NCBI GenBank assembly: GCA_965249575.1
Contig: OZ252244.1
Span: forward strand, 1,824,001 to 1,888,000
Direction: 5' to 3'
Length of the DNA: 64,000 bases
From: Gemmatimonadales bacterium
GTDB taxonomy: Bacteria > Gemmatimonadota > Gemmatimonadetes > Gemmatimonadales > GWC2-71-9
The notes under the pieces are model-generated. The model saw only the letters and a program-made list of their open reading frames with translations, did no database searches and had not been told where the DNA came from. Shown one piece after another: positions 60,291-64,000 of this stretch (its first letter is position 1; each line of letters opens with the position of its first letter). The translations under genes were made by a program, and so were the position numbers.

Positions 60291-60932
60291 GTGCTCGACG
60301 ACCGGTTCGCCGCACGGCTCAAGCGCTTGGCTGCCAGGCTAGAAACCCCACCCGGCCTTCGGGACCTGGTGCTACAAGCCGTTGCAGCTGATGGCGTTAC
60401 ACAATTACGGCCGGCCTTTGCGCGCCGCCGCGCGCTGGGGTGGGCCGGAGCGGTCCTGGCGGCCGCAGCCAGCCTGACGCTCTTCCTCAATTCACGGGGA
60501 CCTTCGGATGATTTCGCGCTTCCGTTCGTCGAGGCTGCACGAGGCGGCCTGTCGGCCGGAGACCGGGGACTCGCTGCGGCCGACTCGCTCCAGCTGGCCG
60601 ACTGGTTCGCCCCGCGCCTTGGCTATCAGGTGGGCATCCCGGCGATTGCCGGTGCTCAGCTCATGGGCGGTAGGGTCGCACTGGTAAGCGAAGTAGAGGC
60701 TGCAGTCGTCCTGTACCAGCTCAACGGCGAGGACCTGACCTATTTCGCCTTGCCGACACCCGAGGTCAGGAACGTACGCGTATCAGACGACTCCCAGCTG
60801 GCCGCTGGGATCGAGAACTATGAAGTCGTGATCTGGGGGGAGCGCGGTGAAGCCCGCGCGCTTGCCGCCGCTGCCATTTCCCGGACGCGCCTCGAGGCAA
60901 TCGCCGAGGAGTGTCGCCGGGCCTCGCTCTAA
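60291..60932 (+). CDS. Membrane-anchored anti-sigma-factor-like protein
   Basis: Short N-terminus, WAGAVLAAAASL TM, then LADWF...LMGGRV...AAVVLY periplasmic domain; GGAGGT SD. Confidence 0.65.
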   Translation: MLDDRFAARLKRLAARLETPPGLRDLVLQAVAADGVTQLRPAFARRRALGWAGAVLAAAASLTLFLNSRGPSDDFALPFVEAARGGLSAGDRGLAAADSLQLADWFAPRLGYQVGIPAIAGAQLMGGRVALVSEVEAAVVLYQLNGEDLTYFALPTPEVRNVRVSDDSQLAAGIENYEVVIWGERGEARALAAAAISRTRLEAIAEECRRASL

Positions 60933-61264
60933 GCGGCACCCTGAGGCGGACCGACCCACACCTCCCCTTTCTCGATCCGCACCTCAAAGGTCGGCAGTGT
61001 TTCATCTGCGGGCTCCGCCAGGACTCGCCCATCCCGCACGTCGAACTGCGCGCCGTGCAGCGCGCACTCAATGACGTGGTCCTCTACCATCTCGCCGTCG
61101 GATAACGGGAACTCAGCGTGCGTGCACCGGTCGCTCATCGCATAGACGCTGTCTCCCACACGCACCAGGCAAACCGACTCCCCACTTTCGAGCTCCGCAG
61201 CCGTGATAGTTCCATCTTGCAACTCGGAGAGCGACGCTACCCGCTCAAATCCAGGTTCGGGCAT
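60929..61264 (-). CDS. Rieske-type [2Fe-2S] ferredoxin
   Basis: CTH...CALH motifs. Confidence 0.92.
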   Translation of the reverse strand: MPEPGFERVASLSELQDGTITAAELESGESVCLVRVGDSVYAMSDRCTHAEFPLSDGEMVEDHVIECALHGAQFDVRDGRVLAEPADETLPTFEVRIEKGEVWVGPPQGAA

Positions 61265-61282
61265 TCAGATGACTCCCCGGTG

Positions 61283-61735
61283 TTACTCGGTGGAAACCGG
61301 CTCCGCGGCGCTCTCGAGCGCCGCGCGAAGGGTATGCCACGGAAGGCTAGCACACTTGACGCGCACGGGGAATTCCCGAACCCCCGCGAAGACCGCCAAC
61401 TTCCCGAGCGACGTCTCATCGGCTGTCGCCCCCTCGCTCCCGGTTACGAGTCTGTGAAAACTCTGGAACAGTCGCTCTGCCTCCCCCGTGGATTTCCCCT
61501 TCACGGCCGCCGTCATGAGTGAGGCTGAGGCCTTGGAGATGGCACAGCCTGATCCCTGGAAGGACACATCCTTCACGGTATCGTCTTCAACGAGCACATA
61601 GACGGTGATCTCGTCTCCGCAGAGTGGATTGCTGCCCTCCGCGGATCGATTGGCGCCCTCCACTCTTCGGAAGTTGCGGGCGCTGCGATTGTGATCGAGG
61701 ATGATTTGCTGGTACAGGTCCCGGAGCTCACCCAT
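61283..61735 (-). CDS. sufU: SUF system NifU-like protein
   Basis: LYQQIILDH, NPLCGD, GCAISKAS, RVKCA. Confidence 0.93.
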   Translation of the reverse strand: MGELRDLYQQIILDHNRSARNFRRVEGANRSAEGSNPLCGDEITVYVLVEDDTVKDVSFQGSGCAISKASASLMTAAVKGKSTGEAERLFQSFHRLVTGSEGATADETSLGKLAVFAGVREFPVRVKCASLPWHTLRAALESAAEPVSTE

Positions 61736-63002
61736 CTAGCCCAAATACCCCTCGCGCCTTTAGCACGGCTTCGACCAGGGCATCCACCTCCGCCCGCGTG
61801 TTGTAGAACGCGAATGACGCTCGCGCCGTGGCGGGAACGTCGAAGTAATCCATCACCGGCTGCGTGCAGTGATGCCCTGTCCGGATGGCAACGCCGTCCT
61901 GGTCCAGAATCGTCCCGATGTCGTGGGCGTGGACGCCCTCAAGCACAAACGAGATGACGCTGGCTTTGTTCTCCGCCGTCCCCACCAGTCGGACGCCCGG
62001 AACACTTGCGAGTTTCTGGCTGGCGTAGTCCAGGAGATCCCGCTCGTGAGCAGCGACGTGACGGAAATCGAGCTGCTCCAAATAGTCGATCGCGGCTCCC
62101 AAGCCTATCGCGCCCGCTATGTTGGGTGTTCCCGCCTCGAACTTTGCGGGCGGCGGAGCGTAGGTGGTCCGCTCGAAGGTTACCGAGCGGATCATGTCCC
62201 CACCCCCCTGATAGGGTGGCATCGCTTCCAGCAGTTCCGCTCGCCCGTAGAGGAGTCCAATGCCGGTGGGCCCGAACATCTTGTGACCGGACACCGTGTA
62301 GAAGTCACACCCTAGCGCCTGAACGTCGATATCCAGATGGGGTGCTGCCTGCGCTCCGTCAACGAGAACCGGCACTCCCCGTTCATGCGCCACCCGAACG
62401 ATCTCCCCAGCGGGATTGATCGTGCCAAGGGAATTAGAGACATGGACAACGGAGACGAATTTGGTGCGCGGGCCCAAGAGCTCCGTGAACCCCTCGATCG
62501 AGAGCTCACCTGCGTCATTCATGGGGATTATACGAAGTCGCGCCCCACGGCCCTCACAGACCATCTGCCAGGGAACGATGTTCGAGTGATGCTCCATCGC
62601 CGAGACGATGACTTCGTCCCCCTCGCTCACCCGCGCGCGCCCATAGGTTTGCGCCACGAGGTTGATAGCCTCTGTCGTGCCCCTCACGAACACGATCTCG
62701 CGCGATTCAGCCGCGTTCAGGAACCGCTGGCCCTTTGACCGTGCGGCCTCGTAAGCAGCGGTCGCGTCCTCGCTCAGGCGGTACACGCCGCGATGGATAT
62801 TGGCATTACAGGTCGCGTAGTGATCGCTGATCGCGTCGATTACGGCTTTGGGTTTCTGGCTCGTTGCTGCATTGTCGAGGTAGACGATCGGCTTCCCGTT
62901 CATCGTGCCCGCCAGGATGGGAAAGTCCAAGCGCACGCGATCCACCGCAAAGCTCGTATCGGGCCGCGTGGGCGATCCCGCGACTGGCTGGGCGGTGGTC
63001 AC
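61728..63002 (-). CDS. sufS: Cysteine desulfurase
   Basis: YLDNAATSQKP, EHHSN, SGHK, RTGHHC. Confidence 0.95.
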   Translation of the reverse strand: MTTAQPVAGSPTRPDTSFAVDRVRLDFPILAGTMNGKPIVYLDNAATSQKPKAVIDAISDHYATCNANIHRGVYRLSEDATAAYEAARSKGQRFLNAAESREIVFVRGTTEAINLVAQTYGRARVSEGDEVIVSAMEHHSNIVPWQMVCEGRGARLRIIPMNDAGELSIEGFTELLGPRTKFVSVVHVSNSLGTINPAGEIVRVAHERGVPVLVDGAQAAPHLDIDVQALGCDFYTVSGHKMFGPTGIGLLYGRAELLEAMPPYQGGGDMIRSVTFERTTYAPPPAKFEAGTPNIAGAIGLGAAIDYLEQLDFRHVAAHERDLLDYASQKLASVPGVRLVGTAENKASVISFVLEGVHAHDIGTILDQDGVAIRTGHHCTQPVMDYFDVPATARASFAFYNTRAEVDALVEAVLKARGVFGLDG

Positions 63003-64000
63003 GATCCCGGCCCTCGGCCGAGGGCCTCGGACAGCCGCCCGCGTACCACCCTGTCGAGCACCTGCCGCACCGCTCCCGAGCCCATTCTACCGAGAATCTC
63101 CGCGCCAAAGCCGTACGTGAGGATCTGGCGCGCCACTCTCGCGTCCAGGCCCCGGCTCATGAGATAGAACATCGCGCTCTGATCGAGCGGGCCCAGCGTC
63201 GCGCCGTGCGTGCACCGAACGTCGTCTGCATAGATCTCCAGCTGGGGCTGGCTATCTGCCCGGGCGGTTTCGGTGAGAAGCAGGTTGTTGTTGGTTTGCT
63301 TCGAATCTGTCTTCTGCGCGCCCGGCTGAACCACGATTCTGCCGGTAAAAATGCCACGCGCCCGGCCATCGAGCACTCCATTGAAGTACTCGTGGCTCTC
63401 GCAGTGAGGTTCGGCATGGTCGATCACGGTGTGGTGATCGATGTGCTGGCGACCCCCGCCAAGGTACAGCCCGTTCAGCATGCACACTCCGTGCTCACCG
63501 GCCATGACCGCACGGATGTCGTGGCGGGTAAGCGCGGCCCCGAGTACCACCGGGTGGAACTCGAACCGGCTGTCCCGACCTTGGTGCGAATGGGTCGTGG
63601 CGATGTGAAAGGCGTCCGGGCTGTCGCGCTGGACTCGATAGAGGTCGATCGCGGCTCCGTCACCCACAACCACCTCAGACACCGCGTTCGTGAAATATGT
63701 CCCGCCGTCGATCGCCCCGAAGTGCTCGACTATGGTCGCCCTCGCGCGCTCGCCCAGGATAATCAGGTTCCGCGGGTGCGTGACGTTGGGCTCGGCTCCG
63801 CCGGATGACAGAAACAGCAGCTCGAGCTGCTCCGCCCATTCCGCTCCATCTGGCACGTATACGAAAGCACCATCCCACAGGAACGCGGAGTTCAGTGCCG
63901 CAAAGCCGTTTCGATCGTATGCGGCGTGCTTGCCCAGGTGCGGACGCAGCAGCTCGGGCTCGGTCGCGAGGGTGTCACGCAGGCTGCCGATTCGGGCGCC
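62999..64000 (-). CDS. sufD: Fe-S cluster assembly protein SufD (5' truncated by window)
   Basis: Beta-helix region, PQLEIYADDVRCTHGAT; frame continues beyond the window edge. Confidence 0.92.
   Translation of the reverse strand, partial: GARIGSLRDTLATEPELLRPHLGKHAAYDRNGFAALNSAFLWDGAFVYVPDGAEWAEQLELLFLSSGGAEPNVTHPRNLIILGERARATIVEHFGAIDGGTYFTNAVSEVVVGDGAAIDLYRVQRDSPDAFHIATTHSHQGRDSRFEFHPVVLGAALTRHDIRAVMAGEHGVCMLNGLYLGGGRQHIDHHTVIDHAEPHCESHEYFNGVLDGRARGIFTGRIVVQPGAQKTDSKQTNNNLLLTETARADSQPQLEIYADDVRCTHGATLGPLDQSAMFYLMSRGLDARVARQILTYGFGAEILGRMGSGAVRQVLDRVVRGRLSEALGRGPGS

Noticed and set aside
1..64000. High frequency of TCGA/CTCGAG, and search by eye for tRNA, rRNA and IS elements
   Set aside because: TCGA is explained by codon pairs such as CTC-GAG and GTC-GAC. 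No tRNA T-arm, rRNA, transposase or integrase signature was seen.

Overview
A 64-kb, GC-rich bacterial chromosome segment made up mostly of core genes. Gene content suggests Gemmatimonadota, but that is inference (multiple Hanks-type kinases, long-form IspH, fused E1 alpha/beta, TSP3-OmpA). It runs from the 3' end of dnaE2 through ispH, a DExH helicase, pfkA, an MCP, OmpA, peptidases, an aconitase-family fusion, lon, fadIJ, glpD, a deoxyhypusine synthase-like gene and queG. It then enters an origin-type region (mnmG, two parS sites, parA-parB-M23-bactofilin, an AT-rich DnaA-box-like spacer) and ends in the sufD-sufS-sufU-Rieske operon. The main observations not visible in the ORF track are: (1) a 76-aa Rdx/SelW-type selenoprotein (CxxU) with a SECIS-like hairpin, directly upstream of pfkA; (2) a DExH helicase whose motif Ia appears to precede Walker A; (3) a lower-GC cassette of kinase-TPR, Cys-rich small protein, S8 protease and a second kinase; (4) a TetR operator duplicated inside its own gene; (5) an in-frame TAG within ompA; (6) a heptamer repeat array. 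Several single-base frameshifts, mostly in short homopolymers, probably reflect sequencing or assembly error. I found no rRNA, tRNA, CRISPR array or transposase. All calls are by motif recognition; no database searches were run.
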